DNA of 63,946 nucleotides. Origin: Gekko japonicus (Eukaryota). Below are positions 35,628-48,962 of the stretch, piece by piece. The DNA lies in assembly GCF_001447785.1 (NCBI RefSeq), contig NW_015167060.1, positions 1,621,402-1,685,347 on the forward strand, written 5' to 3'. The notes under the pieces were generated by a model that did not search any database, was not told the origin of the DNA, and saw only the letters and a program-made list of their open reading frames with translations. How positions within the stretch are numbered: the stretch's first letter is position 1; every line of letters begins with the position of its first letter. A program made the position numbers and the translations under genes.

Positions 35628-37364
35628 AGGATTCCCATTTTACAGAGGGAGAAATGAAGTGCAGGGAAATTTTTCATCCAGAGCTTTTAAGAAAACAAAA
35701 CAAAAACAGACCTTTGCACCAAGGTACCTCAAATTCTGCAACAAGAAAAATTGGCTTCTGCAACCTCTATAAATCATGCAGATTATCAGACTTTCATTTT
35801 TTCCACAATACATTCTACTTCTGCTAAAGGGAAAAAGGCAAAGAGCTTATGTAGGGAACTGAAACCTTGCCCCTTGATCATTGTAATAAGTATTGTTCAG
35901 TAGCTTCTCTGGCTTCTGAGGATTCTTCAGGCATTGCCTATCTAGTCTTTACAAACGTAAGGATTAGATGCTTTTAAAAATGAAGCCAACATCTTCTTTG
36001 CAGCTTTCCCACTGCTAAGTAAAGGCATGACTGACTAAGGGTGTGAACCCTCAACTCTGGGTCCTCTTAGCTTTTTTATGGCTCTCTCTTGGTTTCTTCA
36101 GGACCAACCCACTGTGGAGTACCATGGGGCTAGAAATACTGTGCCTTTTTGATGCTTGATCCCAGCTATTCCAGCTTGAACTTTACTCCATAGGTGTGCC
36201 ACAAGACAAACAATTGCTGAAATTGGCAGAGCTCTGAGGAATAAAGTATGCCCAAAGGACAGATGCCCCCAAGGTGTCAGTTTTGGAGCAGAGGATGTTT
36301 ACAAACTATTGGATTACCCCCCTCCAGCAGGCTGAGAGTGTGAAATCCCTGATTGTAGCCTGGCCTCTGGGCTGTCAACACGATAATGCTCTTTGCCAAG
36401 AAGGGATTTACAGTGCAATCCTAAACAGAGCAACACCCTTCTAAACCCACCAGCTTCCCTAGACTTAAAAGTGTGTCACTCTGTTCAGGACTGCGGTTCA
36501 TTTCACCAGCAAACAGTCAAGGCCCTTGTGCCAACCATGCTTTGTTTAAAGGAGGCTCTGGTAAATGGACAGAGCCTCTGCTGGGCTGCCCCCCCCCCCT
36601 CCAGCAGTCTGGGCCTGTGATTCTTGAGGTGCTGTGCACAGCGTGTCCCCATGGGACTTGTGCAAGAAAATCAGATCATAGCAGATTACGCTGCCTGAGA
36701 GATGACTTGCAGTGATGGCTGGGACAGCAGCCTCCAGCCATCACGTACTGCACTCTCTGAATCCCTCTCCCATAGCTGCCTGTGGAATTCCCTGCTGGGA
36801 GGGCTACAGCATGCCTTGGTGTTATGCGCATTTCTAGGAGCCAGAAGCCTCTGGTACCAGCCCCACAAGGGCCTGCACACACGTTATTATGAGCAAAAAC
36901 CCCAAGCAAGAGGCAGCAGCAGCAGGGATGCAGGGAGACAGGAACCTGGATGGGAAAATGGGATGCAGCAGTGCTGGCAGAAAATTCTAGTCTCTTGGTC
37001 TTTTCCTTAAGGGAATAGGCAAGTTAAATTAACCCCAGCTATAGTGCTCTCCTGGTATTGTCCACGAGGGGGTGACGTAACATGCAGGACTAAAATGTTT
37101 ATTGTAAGAGGGCTTTGGTCTACATAAGTCCTAAGGCTCTGGAGGTACCCAACAAAAGCAGTGGGGTTTGGGGGAAAATACAGCCCATAAAGATGAAAAT
37201 AAAATGTATATGCAGGACTTGTTTTCAAAGTCTGAAAAGGGTGAAACCTATTTTCAGGGCTCAACCCCAGTGCCTGTGAAGCAGTAATAAGGAAGAGTGT
37301 GTCTGGAACATGTACAGAGTTCACTGCAGAATAAACTATGTGCTTGGATTAGAGCTTTCAATAT

Positions 37365-37618
37365 AAGAAGAAGAAGAGATTGGATTTACACCCCGCCCTT
37401 CACTCAGAGTCTCAGAGCGTCTTACAAACTCCTTTCCCTCCCCCTCCCCACAACAGACACCCTGTGAGGTAGGTGGGGCTGAGAGAGCTCTTTCGAGAAC
37501 TGCTGACAGAACTATGGTTTGCCCAAGGTCATCCAGCAGCTGCAACTGGAGGAGTGGGGAATCAAACCTGGTTCTCCCAGATTAGAGTCCACGCACTTAA
37601 CCACTACACCAAACTGGC
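37365..37618 (-). mobile_element. Squam3-like SINE
   Basis: (AAG)n tail; head ends accactacaccaaactggc; flanking tcaatat duplication. Confidence 0.8.
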
Positions 37619-39265
37619 TCTCAATATTAGAGGGTTGGTTTGTAGAAAGGATGGAGTTATATAGTTTTATAACTGAACCCCTAGCTACTGCTTTTTGGAA
37701 TTGATATCTCATACTTTTTGCATGCTCAGTCAGGCAAGCAAGTTATGGCCCTCTGTGTGACAGTTACTACAGATTCAGGTAGATGTTGACATGGTACTTA
37801 TATTCAGCAGCTCCCTTTTGTGGAGGAGGGCTCCTACACATGCTATGATGCATGTGTAGTCGTCTGGACCATCCTCACTGTTGCCATGGGTTGTCCCACA
37901 CAGCACCAGCCTACAGCTAATGGCACAATCTGTTGCATCAAATTTAAATGGAAGTGTCCTCTCAGAGTCACCCACATATAAGGCTGCAGAATGGGATGTG
38001 TGCACGCATCTAATCCAAGTAAGAGAAGGCAGAGAGAGAGCTTTTAAGCTCTTTGCGAACTCAGCCATTCAGCTCGTAAGTAAATCACATTTTATAGTTT
38101 TCCCCCTAATCTCATGGGATGGAAAATGAGTAATGGAAACTGATTTTAATGCAATCCCATGACTTGAAAACCTGGATTTCTGGCAGAATCTTGTAGTGGC
38201 TGGTCCTTAAACTGGTATTCATGCTCTAACAGCTAGGAACCCCTAACTTTGTGTAACTTAATGTATGCAATATTTATTTAGTTTCTATAGGTAACGTCTA
38301 GTCTGCCTCTCCAAAATCAGCTCAGGGCAGCTCCTTTTTTAATAAGCCATGTTTTGTTTTATCCTTTTTCACTCCTGGAGAACAGAGAGCCAGCTGGCAA
38401 CACAGAAGAGGTAAAGTATAGTTGCTTCATGCAACAAACCAGTGGAACTCACCACCACAGAAACTCCCTGGAAGATCAACACCACTCAAAAAGACTGTCT
38501 GTTAAATACAATAAAAGTTACATAGGTGGTATCAAGGAATTGGACCTCTGGCTAAATTCCTTGTTCCTTAATTAAACATCACTTAGGCTTAATATTAAGA
38601 TCTAGTCCGGCACTGTGGGTTGAAGGGAAACATCCAGTTGCTGACATGGGAAGGTTGGCAAGTCGACTTTGTGCCTTTGAATCACGGAGCCACACCATTT
38701 GTTTCCTGAACTACACCACACCTCCTTCTTTTGATGCTTTGATTTACACTACAGAAGGGAAGCATAAACTGTTTCTCTTCTGAGCCATTTGTTGTCACAG
38801 GTACATGTCAAGATAACTTTGGTAGTCTTGAGTTTTGGATTGGCTAAAGGGCTCCAGTCTGTTCAAATCTTAGACTTTAAGAAGTTTAGCTTTTCTGTTC
38901 TTTCTGGTTAGTTGCAGTTGGAGCAGCCAGCTTCAGCTATCCTGAGGTGATGGGCTGACCTCGCCATGGGACAGGCGCTTGCCTGGCACACACAAACCAA
39001 TCCTCTTGGGACAAAGAGACCTATAATAACACTGTTTGACTTCAACCAAGAAGGGCAACGCTTGGTACAGTGTAGTTGGAATGTACTATGTAGGTTTCTT
39101 GTTTTGTCGCTCATTGTTTTGTTCCTTTTGAAATACTCTTGCACTCTTTAATAAAATTACTTTGATTATATTGGTTGTTCTGTATTTCAGATACTTCAAT
39201 CAAATTAGTCTTAAAGCATCCTTAAACTTCAAGCATCCACCTGTTGGTTAATCTTCAGTGGAAAC

Positions 39266-39389
39266 TCATTCTGCAAGTGACCAACCTTGCCGGGTTTTGA
39301 CTTTCTTGTTTATTCCCAGGAAGATTGGTCATTCTGCAAGTGACCAACCTTGCCGGGCTGACTTTCTTGTTTATTCCCAGGAAGATTGG
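39266..39389. repeat. ~62-bp tandem duplication in SNCB long intron
   Basis: tcattctgcaagtgaccaaccttgccggg..tgactttcttgtttattcccaggaagattgg x2 (63 and 61 bp). Confidence 0.93.
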
Positions 39390-42202
39390 AAATATGCCCT
39401 TTGGCATCTAATCAAATCATTGGGATAGTTAAAAGGGCTGGTGGCAAACTACCCTAGTGGTGTGTGTTGATTCACCCTCCAGGTTTGTTTCGTAATTTTG
39501 AGTTCTGCTCCCTCATACCAAGGATCCCCTGGATTGGAGATTCTTGACAGGCAGTAATAGGGGGAAGGCAGGCAGTTGGCAAGTGGCTATTCCTCCAAGG
39601 GCACCCAAGACATTAATCTGTCCCCATGGTGAGGAGGCACTGGGCAGCTGGAGACATTGAGGCAAGGCCTCTGAACTTGGAAGGGAAGTGGGGAGTCCTG
39701 ATCCTCCCATTGGGAAATCCCAACAGTGATCAGGTGGCGGTGGCGGTGGGCTACATGAGAGTGGAAGAAAAGCCCATCCAGGGAAATGGGAACCCCCCAG
39801 GAAGGCAGGGCAGAACAGGGCTGCAGGCCAGAGCAGGCACGTTCCACCACAGCATTCATTTAAAGTTTTTCTATCCTGTAGTTTTCTATTACGATTGTAA
39901 AACAATAACATATAAATAGATTAGCAAGATGAACCGCATCAGCAGGCATACTGTACAAGAGTCATCGTAAAAGCCACAGAATAAAATGACAGTAAAACCA
40001 ATAAAAATGCAACCAGCATTAAAACATGTCATCAGCTAGGTAACAGTACATCTGAAGGTAGTAAAACTTCCTAATGAAACCATCACATCAGCCTTGTAGT
40101 ATGATTGACAACCAAAGTGCTACATTGCACTGTATTTGTCCGAGTACCAAATCCCACGTCAGTGTCCTATTCTGATGTGCTAGAGCTGTTCTGCTTCTGT
40201 TCACTGTTTTTTAAAAAGCAAAAGTGAAAGTAATTCCTTTATTTTGTTTGTTGCAAAAAAAAGTTTGTGGAAAAAAGGCTCAGAAGATGGTAGAACATAA
40301 TGCACTGTATTTTTTGTTTTATTTGCCTTTTTAAAAAGAAAAGAAAGTGTCCCCATGCTTCAGGGGTGAAAGGCTTAGCCTTTAAGAGGACAAGGGAAGA
40401 AAGAATGGTGTCACTCATCCCTGGTGATGGCACAGGCAGTGTCCTGTAGGGGCACATACTATGTTCACAGTCTTATTCTACACACCATCCATAAATCCTG
40501 TGGATGCTTTAGCTGGGAGTTGACAAACCACTGCAGATGAGCACTGGGAAAATGCAATATAGTGGTGGTGGAATCACTGCCTGGAGGAAAGGAATCTGGA
40601 CACTCTGTGACGGGTGGGTAACATTTGTATGTTCGGAAGTGCCCCCCCCCCAATTTAGAAAAGCTCAACTTTGTGAAGTGGTAGGAATATTTAAGCCACA
40701 TTTATCCAGTAGGGGGCCTTTTACATCAAGGCAGGTGAATTGACAGCCAGGAATGTTGGTACTTTGGGAAATGACAAAGGGTTCCATCAGGAGGCTCAGC
40801 AGCTCCACCTGGCATTGTCTGACATCATGTCAACATCCTGAGGGTGCATCCTTCTGGCTTCTTCTGCTGCAGCCTGCCTAGAATGTTTTTCTGCTACTAG
40901 CATTTTCCATGGCGAGTGGGCATATAGTTGCTGCTAGCCATGTTCATTGGATTGATCAAGCTTGTTCGATGTAGGTGTCTAGGTGTCCCTGACTGCTTCT
41001 CAAGGTCAGCCGTACTGTCAAATATCTGTGCATGTGGCGCAACCTGTTCAGTTTGAAGCTGTGCTGCACTGTGTTCTGGGATGCTATTTCAGGGATTAGC
41101 AATCCATAAAAGAGACTGAGCTTGTGACATGTGGACTGGAAGTTGGGAGTGTCATGTGGCATCTCTCAGCATGTGCTGCAGGATTGATCCTCTTTTTTAA
41201 AAAAACAAAACAAAACTGCATAATAACCAGCAGTAATTCAGCCAGTACATGTGGTTGGACTTGGCCATTTAGTCTGCAGCATGAATGCCACAAATAGGTG
41301 TTTAAAATCACATTGGATTACCTAAGCATGCTTGACAGGGTGCTGTGAATTTACTGTGGCTCTCTGCTGAGTGGCAAAGGGTGGGGCTCGAGAGGATTTC
41401 AAGCCTTGTTTACAACTCTGTGTTACTTTTGCTCACAACAGGCCTTTTCGGGCTGCTGGATTCTTGCTGGACCTTGTAAATTAATTCATTACAATTAGAT
41501 CCCATTTATCCCTCATGGAGCCCCCCCATGACGGTGCACAGCAAGTTCCTAGGAGGCATCCCAGCCAGGGGTCATTTCGTAGAAAAAGAGGTGCAGGAGC
41601 TCATTAGTATAACTTATTTGCATATGCCACACACCCTGACATCACCGGAAGCGTGTCAGAAGTCAACACCCATCGCTCAGGCGCCACTGGACTGTTTTGG
41701 ATTGATAGATCTTGGGGGGGGGGGAACGTGCAGATCTGCCCTCACAGAGGAGGGAGAGCTTGTACCTGAATAAAACTTGGTCTTAAAGGTGCTACTGGAC
41801 TGTTTTGGACTGGGGGGCCGAGCGGGGGGCTCTGCAATTTACCTGGCTGCTTCTTGCTCTGACAGAGGGCTGCTGGGAGCAGGGGGTGGGGCTTGTTGCA
41901 TGTGCCTGCCCCCTAGGCTCTTTACTGCCAGAGCTCCACTCCTGTGCGCTCCTGCAGGCAATGACCCCTGATCCCAGCCAAGTACTAACTAGAGCCAGAC
42001 CAAGCTAGCTTCAGTGGTGTCAAGTGCAATCAGACCATGCCCTGGATCCAACATAAGAAATAGCATTTGTGGTGGTTACAGTAATTAACTAATTATCATA
42101 TGGCAGTGTGTGTAGTATAGCCAGGAGATCCTAAGATTGTCTGGCAGCCAGACGTTCTAGCTTATTTAGTATTACGCACCACTAGGTGGTGAGCTAGGCT
42201 TG

Positions 42203-42361
42203 TTTTTAAGGCAAGAGAGATTTCATAGGTGGTTTGCCATTGCCTGCCTCTGCACCATGACCCTGGTATTCCTTGGAAGTCACCCATCCAAATACTAGCC
42301 AAGGCCGACCTTGCTTAGCTTCCGAGATCTGACGGGCTAGCTTGGGCTGTCCAGGTCAGGG
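42203..42361 (-). mobile_element. 5S rRNA-derived SINE (SINE3 type)
   Basis: Reverse complement contains gatctcggaagctaagcaaggtcggccttggctagtatttggatggg, the 5S rRNA internal control region, fused to a non-5S body. Confidence 0.75.
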
Positions 42362-42547
42362 AGTGGTTACAGTGTTAGACTAGGATCTGGGAGACCCGGA
42401 CTTGAATGTCCACTCTGCCATGGAAGACTGCTGAGTGACTTTGGGGCAGTCACACACCCTCAGCCTTACCTCCCTCAGATGGTTGTTGTGAGGATAAAAT
42501 GGAGGAGAGGAAAACAGCAGAAGCTGCTTTGGGTCTCCAGTGGGGAA
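42362..42547 (+). mobile_element. Older Squam3/MIR-like SINE (similar copies ~12810-12927+, 15347-15540+, 46750-46972-, 47410-47735+, 58624-59010+)
   Basis: gtggtt...gactaggatctgggagacc...ctctgccatggaag...gtgactttgg...gttgtgaggataaaatggaggag motif series. Confidence 0.65.
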
Positions 42548-42699
42548 CAGTCTGTGGCCCAAACAGCTTGCAAGCTATGTTGAGACCAAAGCTTTGTTCA
42601 GTTATGGGATTGCTTTGAGCAAGTGTCTTTCCCTTTGGCCTAGTGAAACAAACACAACAGTCATTTTCTCTCCAGAGAGTGCTGTGAGATCTGTAGTCC

Positions 42700-42982
42700 C
42701 TGTGCAGAGGTATTGGTGTTGGGCTAAGGCAGTACCAGAACTCTCCATCAGTGAGCTATTAGCCACAAGGTATAGATAAGGACTCTGGGGCAAGTGATGC
42801 TCTGTCATCTTGGTGCTTGGGGGGATCACCAGTGGGAGGGCTTCTAATGTCCTGGCCCCACTGGTGGACCTCCTGATGGCACTGGTATTTCTGGCCACTG
42901 TGTGATACAGAGTGTTGGACTGGATGGGCCTTTGGCCTGATCCAACATTGGCATCTCTTATGTTCTTATGTTCTACGTTCTT
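42700..42982 (+). mobile_element. CR1 3' end
   Basis: ggactggatgggcctttggcctgatccaac followed by (ttatgttc)n tail. Confidence 0.7.
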
Positions 42983-44739
42983 AACTCTCAGCACCTTCAT
43001 TCATTTAAAATTCCCAGCCTTCTTTGGGACATCTGCCTCTACCTGTGTATCTACAGAGATGCTATCTTCCCCATAAGGATTCAAGGTGAGGATGCTGCTT
43101 GTTTGGAAGCCAGGGTTCTTGGTAAACCATATAGATGCCCATGACAGTGCCATGCATTTTTAAAAAAACAAAAACTTTATCCATGATTCTGCAATTGCTA
43201 TTTTGTGACAGATCAGTAGCACTTTGGGCAATATCTGTGTCTGGAATGGTGTTTGCAATGGCCTGTAGTCCATTTCCAGGAGGTACATCTGGATTTAAAA
43301 AAAGAAAAAAGAATATTGTTTTCTGTAAAGACTAATATGGCCACACTTCAGTAATTACAATGGAGTGTGTTAATATGGCAAAAACAAAACTACAGCTGTA
43401 TGCAAAACACAAAAAGAAATAATTCTATTTAATTTTCTAAGCTGTAGGGTTCTAACAATACAGAAAAAGGTGCCCCTGCTGTGAAAGCAGGAGGGAGCAG
43501 AAGGGAGGTGTGCCGGGTAGGCGTCTGCATGCCCTGACTTTACTTTTGCCATGTCAGCACAGATTAGTTTTGCATTGGGGTAGGATTCTGGCTGAATGGC
43601 AGAGTAGCTGCTTTGCAGTGCAGAAGGTTCCTGGTTCGATCCTTGGCATCTTCAGTGAAAAGGATCAGGGGGTAGGTGATCTGAAAGACCTTTACCTGAG
43701 ACCCTGGAGAGCTGCTGCCAGTCAGAGCAGATAATGTTGACTTTGACAGACCAATGGTCTGACTCTGCATAAAGCAGCTTTATGTGCAGTAGTCTGAGAG
43801 AGTGACTGGCCCAAGGTCACTCAAGCTGGGATTCGAACCTGGGTCTCGCAGATCCCGGTCCAGCACATGTACCATTACACCAAAGTGAGGCCAGACAGAG
43901 GGACATCCCTCCAGGAGTAAGTGTGGGTTCTTCTGCTTGGGGCAGACTCAGCTGCTCCTGCCTTGGCTCCCTGGGCAGTTTTCTTCCAATCCTTTTCTCC
44001 CCCAGTGCTCCCTCAGTTAATAGCTTATGTGGGGCCATTTTTTAAGAAGTCACTCAAGTGGAGTATCTTTAAAAGCACTGCTGTGTGTGATGGAAGGACG
44101 TGGCACAGGTGATCCTACCTACCTTTGTCGGCAAAGACAGATTTTGTTGGTCCAACTCTGAAGGATGCTGAGAATCTGGTTGGCAGCGCAGCTGAGGAAT
44201 TCAAGACACACAGAGGCTCTTAGGTGCCCTCTCCCTCCCTGAAAGGCTCCTCAGATTACCAATGAGCGGAGGGAAATTAAAAGGGTTAGAAGACAGAGCA
44301 TCGTTGAAGGACGACTTCAATCGAATCAGCCAAAGCATGCCATAGATCTCATTTGAAATCGTAAGAGGTGGTGACAGTGGTGAAGAAACCTTCCCCCCCC
44401 CATAGCAGTTTATTTGCACAATCTGGCTCAATTATTCAAAATTGTGCATAGCCTAGCTATGCTTAGGCAAGATTTGGTTGACTTGGAATCCACTAGTAGC
44501 TGTGACATTTTGCTAGTTTATTTGTAGATAAAAAAATTTCTTACCTGGTCCAACATGGGCTGTGGTTGTAGTACAAATCAGGCAGCAGAGATGCTAGAAG
44601 AACCATCTGATCATGTTTGTGTTTGGATAGCTTGATATGAGTCTCCTTAGTGGATGTTGACAGAATTGTGGGAGTACTGAAGGCCACTTCCTGCAAATTA
44701 GATCTGTTCCCATCTTGGCTGGCTCAGTTTACTGTCAGA

Positions 44740-46270
44740 AGGCTACTTCCCAAAATCTTTAAAAGAAGCCATTCATAGAACATTGCTGATAAAGACCTCT
44801 ATGCCAGTGAATGTTCAAGTGAGCTATAGGCCAAACCTACCCTTTCTGGGTAAGGTGATAGACTGGGTTGTAGCAGAACAGCTCTTCGTTTTTCTGTGTG
44901 ACACATTTGCCCTTGATCCTTTTCAGCAGGCTTCAGTCCTGGTTTTGGAATGGAGATGGCACTGGTGGTTCTGATAGACAATCTGCATAGAGACAATACT
45001 TTGCTGCTAGTTTTGCTAAACCTGTCAGCTGTGTTTGTACTGTAGATCATGCGACCCTTCAGCATTACCTGGAATGAGGGCAGCCCTGAAACAGTTTTGA
45101 TCTTTCTTCTGCAATAGAATGCAGAGAATGGTGCAGGGAGATTTAGAATCAGTCCGCTAGGAGTTGGATGAGAGCATTGCGCTCATTGGACCAAGATCTA
45201 CTGGTGATCCCCAACCCTAAAGATGTTTACTTCGCCTCAGCCATCTGGGCTCTGGCTCCAGCCTGGTGGAACACTCTCCCTATTGACATCCAGGCCCTGA
45301 GGCACTTAATGCAATTGCGCAGGGCCCGCAAGACAGAGATACTCTGCCAGGCCCACAGTTGAGGCAGCAGAGATCCATCTATATTAACTTCCCCCTGTAC
45401 TGCTGTGCATGTTGTCAACTTTTATTGTCCCTTCTTCACCTGTTTTTCCAGTGTCAACTACAATCCACCTGCAACACTTGGGGAATTTAGGTGGGAGCTG
45501 ATTGGGATAGAGTGACTGAATGGGTGCCATGGACTGCTATTGTCTGTTATTGATGGATTTTATTTTATATTGAGTTTTAATAATTGTGATGTCTTAAACA
45601 TTGTATTATGTATTTATTGCTTTGTTGTAACCTGTCCTCAGCCTGCTTGAGGGGGAGGGCGGGCTAGAAGCTGAAATAATACCAAGGCATTGGTTGGTTC
45701 CATTAAAGAGACTGGGGGTATTCCTGGACCTAGACTTGTAGATGGAGAAGCAAGTCAGTGTTGTTGTTTGCGATGCTTTCCTTCACTTACATCTAGTTTG
45801 ATAACTGCATCCCATTCTGGATTAAGAACAATCTAGCTATGTTTTTTTAAAAATAATTTTTTTTATTTTGTCAAACTCTGGTGCAACACAAAACAACATT
45901 ACCATACACCAACACAGAACTGCGTGCAATCTAGCTATGTTGATCCATGCTACTGTAACCTTGAGGCTAGATGACTGTGGAATTTTCAGCACACACAATT
46001 TATTCCTGCTTTTCTTAGCAGTCAACCACTAACATTGGAATTGTGTTGAACACAGTTAGTACAGAATGTTGCTCCCCACTGTCCTATGGAGTTAGTAGTT
46101 CAGCTGTATTCCTGAGACATTAAGACTGGATTATTTTAAAGGACCTATGTTGTGCTGATTGTTTGAATCCATTGTTCCGGGTTTTAATTTTTTAGGTTTT
46201 ATCTGATCATCTGGAATCTGCTTTGAATGTTTGTCAGAAAAATGGTATAAGAAATACTTTAGGAAATAAA
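44740..46270 (+). pseudogene. Decayed L2/CR1-group LINE fragments
   Basis: SYRPNLPFLGKVIDWVVAEQL...LDPFQ RT N-terminal motif; 3' region APAWWNTLP. Confidence 0.65.
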
Positions 46271-47738
46271 TAAAATGACTTCATAATTACCATAAGGGCC
46301 AGCCAATCAGCACAATACACAACCAGCTTTGCCTGGGAAAAATAAGAACTGGTTCCTCCTGGGTTGGATTCAGTTTGGAAGCTTGCCATGTCGGTCTGAA
46401 AAGGGGTGACTGGGGATCATCTGCTAAGGCTATGTGTGCCTATTTTCATACTAAAGATACAGGAATACAATCATCTTTCACATTTGGTTGTACAGTATTC
46501 TCTTCTACCTTTGAGTTAAACTTGTAACAGGAACTGGAGAAGAATTTTGTATGGAGAATTTTCTTGGTTCAGTTAATATTTTTGTGATGACTCCTGAGGA
46601 GCCATTTGTGTTCCAGCATTTTTCACACATTTGGATCCCCTCAGACACCTTTGATAGGTCTGATGCCTTTGCTCTACCCCTTCCACATCTCCTTTTGCCC
46701 TTTGCTGGTTTTATGGCTCAAGGATACAATGGATACATTGAATTAATTAAGGTATTTATACCCTGCTTTTCTCCTCAGTGGGGACCAAAAGCAGCTTACA
46801 ACAACACATTTTCCTTTCCTCTGTTTTCTCCTCACATCAATCACCCTGTGAAATAGGTTAGGCTGAGAAAGAGTGATTATCCCAAGTTGCCCAGCAAGCA
46901 TCCATGGCAGAGTGGGGATCTGAACCCAGATCTCTCAGATCCTAGTCCAGTACTAACCACTGCACCATGCTGGAAGGTAACTAGTGTTTATTCCTTCCTC
47001 TTGGCCTGAACAGATACTGTTGCAAAGCAAGCATGGCAGGTTTCCCAAAAGGAAGTCACTTCAGCACAGTTTGGCCAAAGAGGCACAGCAAGATGTTCCA
47101 AATAACATTTTTAGCCTGAAGTTGCAACTCACAAAGAACAGGCAGTTAGTGCATTTGAGGTCTTCAGTCAAATCCAGGCTTCCGAGCCTTGCCTGTCAGG
47201 GAATATTACTATTGCCAATGTGAGCATGTCTAGTATATAAGCCCATTTAATTTTTAATAATCATCTGGCTCACAGAGCCAGCAAGTTGGCCAGAAATACA
47301 GCTGCTCCTGAGGCATTGTCGTATTTTCTGAAACAACGGTGTGCCTTTCTGGGAGGGTTGGTATCCTGAATTTCCTCCCACATTCCAAGAGAAAAGCCAG
47401 CATCTAAGAGTGAGATTTAGAGTTCCAAGCTAGGACTGGTGAGACCTGGGTTCTGTCTCTGTCTGGGTTCTGTTCTGCCTTTTATCCAGGGTGCTCAGAA
47501 CAGCATACTAATTCACAGCTCCATTTGTTCGTCACAATAATTCTGTGAGGTAAATTAGGCCAAAAGACTTCAAATCCCTACATTGCTGTGAAGCAACTTA
47601 CAGGGGCTTTGGCCAGTCACTTGCTAAGCCTAACCTACCTCACAGAGTTATTGTAAGGATTAATGGGGGGCAGTCATCATCTGTCTTTGTCCTGAATTCC
47701 TTGGAGGCAGGCAGGGATAAAAAATCTAATAAAATAAA

Positions 47739-47922
47739 TGGTGGTGGAAAGTGCTGTCAAGTCACAGCAGACTTATGGCGACCCTGTAGGGTTTTCAAGG
47801 CAAGAGATGTTCATAGGTGGCTTGCCATTGCCTGACCCTGCATCACGACCCAGGTATTCCTTGGAGGTCTCCCAGCCAGATACTAGCTGACCCTGCTTAG
47901 TTTCTGTGATTTGATGAGATTA
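47739..47922 (-). mobile_element. 5S rRNA-derived SINE with RTE-like tail
   Basis: Reverse complement of the 3552 family. Confidence 0.7.
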
Positions 47923-48177
47923 AACAAATTGAATAGGATCAACCAGAGGATGATTTGTCTTGCTTCCCACGTGACTTTTATCCTATAGGAGAGTAATCAC
48001 CCTTAGGGGCAATGGCTGTAATATCTGGGAAATATGGACGGGGGCTGAGATATTAGCCTGCCTGAACTGCTACTGCTTAGCCTCGTGACAGCAGTATAGC
48101 CAGGTTTCTACCGGAAAATGCCCATCTTAGGCTGTTTCTCCTATTCATCACTTTTCTTTCTCTCTCTCTCCCCTCAG

Positions 48178-48216
48178 GAAACAGAACTCGGGAAGGCGTG
48201 CAAAGTGTGGCCTCAG
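48178..48216 (+). CDS. SNCB: Beta-synuclein coding exon 2
   Basis: Long pyrimidine tract + cag|(G)NRTREGVQSVAS|gtacta, 39 nt, phases 1/1. Confidence 0.92.
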
Positions 48217-48843
48217 GTACTAGCCCCTAGGTACTTCTCCTGTGCTCCCATGGCTGGCTCTGTCTGGCCATTGAGTGGGTGGTTGTGCTAAAGGGATCAC
48301 AGGCTACTAGGACAGTGATGTCAGCTGCTTATGCAACTGGGCCTGGGACAAAGCCTTCCAGCTGCTTCTCACACGTCTGCAGAGCCAGCTGGGAAAATCA
48401 GCTAAGGCACTGCCCCAGCATTTATGGGAGGTGGGGTTGGGAACCTGAAAGGGTTGATGAAGCATGCAATGTAGTGAGGAGGCAAAAGGAATGAATGGGC
48501 TTGTGTAAGTTGATAGGGAATGGGTGCTGTAGGGGGGCCTCTGAGAACACAGGGTGCAGATTTCCTGTGGTGAAGGAAGCTAATTTGCTTTGTCCCATAT
48601 AGACATGGCTAGATATAGCACAGACTGTATGGTTGGTCTCTCTCCTACATGGTTGATCTATCTGCTATTAACAGCTTTGCTGAGTCACCACAGCCCTGCT
48701 GGACTGCTTACCAGGTTTTATGACCTTTCACAGACTATAACAGGCCACAGTGCCTAGTAGAGCAGGTCCAGAAAAAGAAACCAGTTGCCAAACCAAAAAA
48801 CAAACAAAATGAATGTAACTTCACTTTCTTCTGGTTCTTGTAG

Positions 48844-48962
48844 TTGCTGAGAAGACAAAAGAGCAGGCATCCCAGCTGGGTGGAGCTGTCTTCTCAGGAG
48901 CTGGCAATATTGCAGCTGCCACAGGCCTGGTCAAGAAGGAAGATTTCCCCACTGACCTGAAG
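48844..48962 (+). CDS. SNCB: Beta-synuclein coding exon 3
   Basis: ttgtag|(V)AEKTKEQASQLGGAVFSGAGNIAAATGLVKKEDFPTDLK|gtgagc, 119 nt; GGAV-FSGAG lacks the 11-residue NAC segment of alpha-synuclein, which is diagnostic of beta. Confidence 0.97.
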
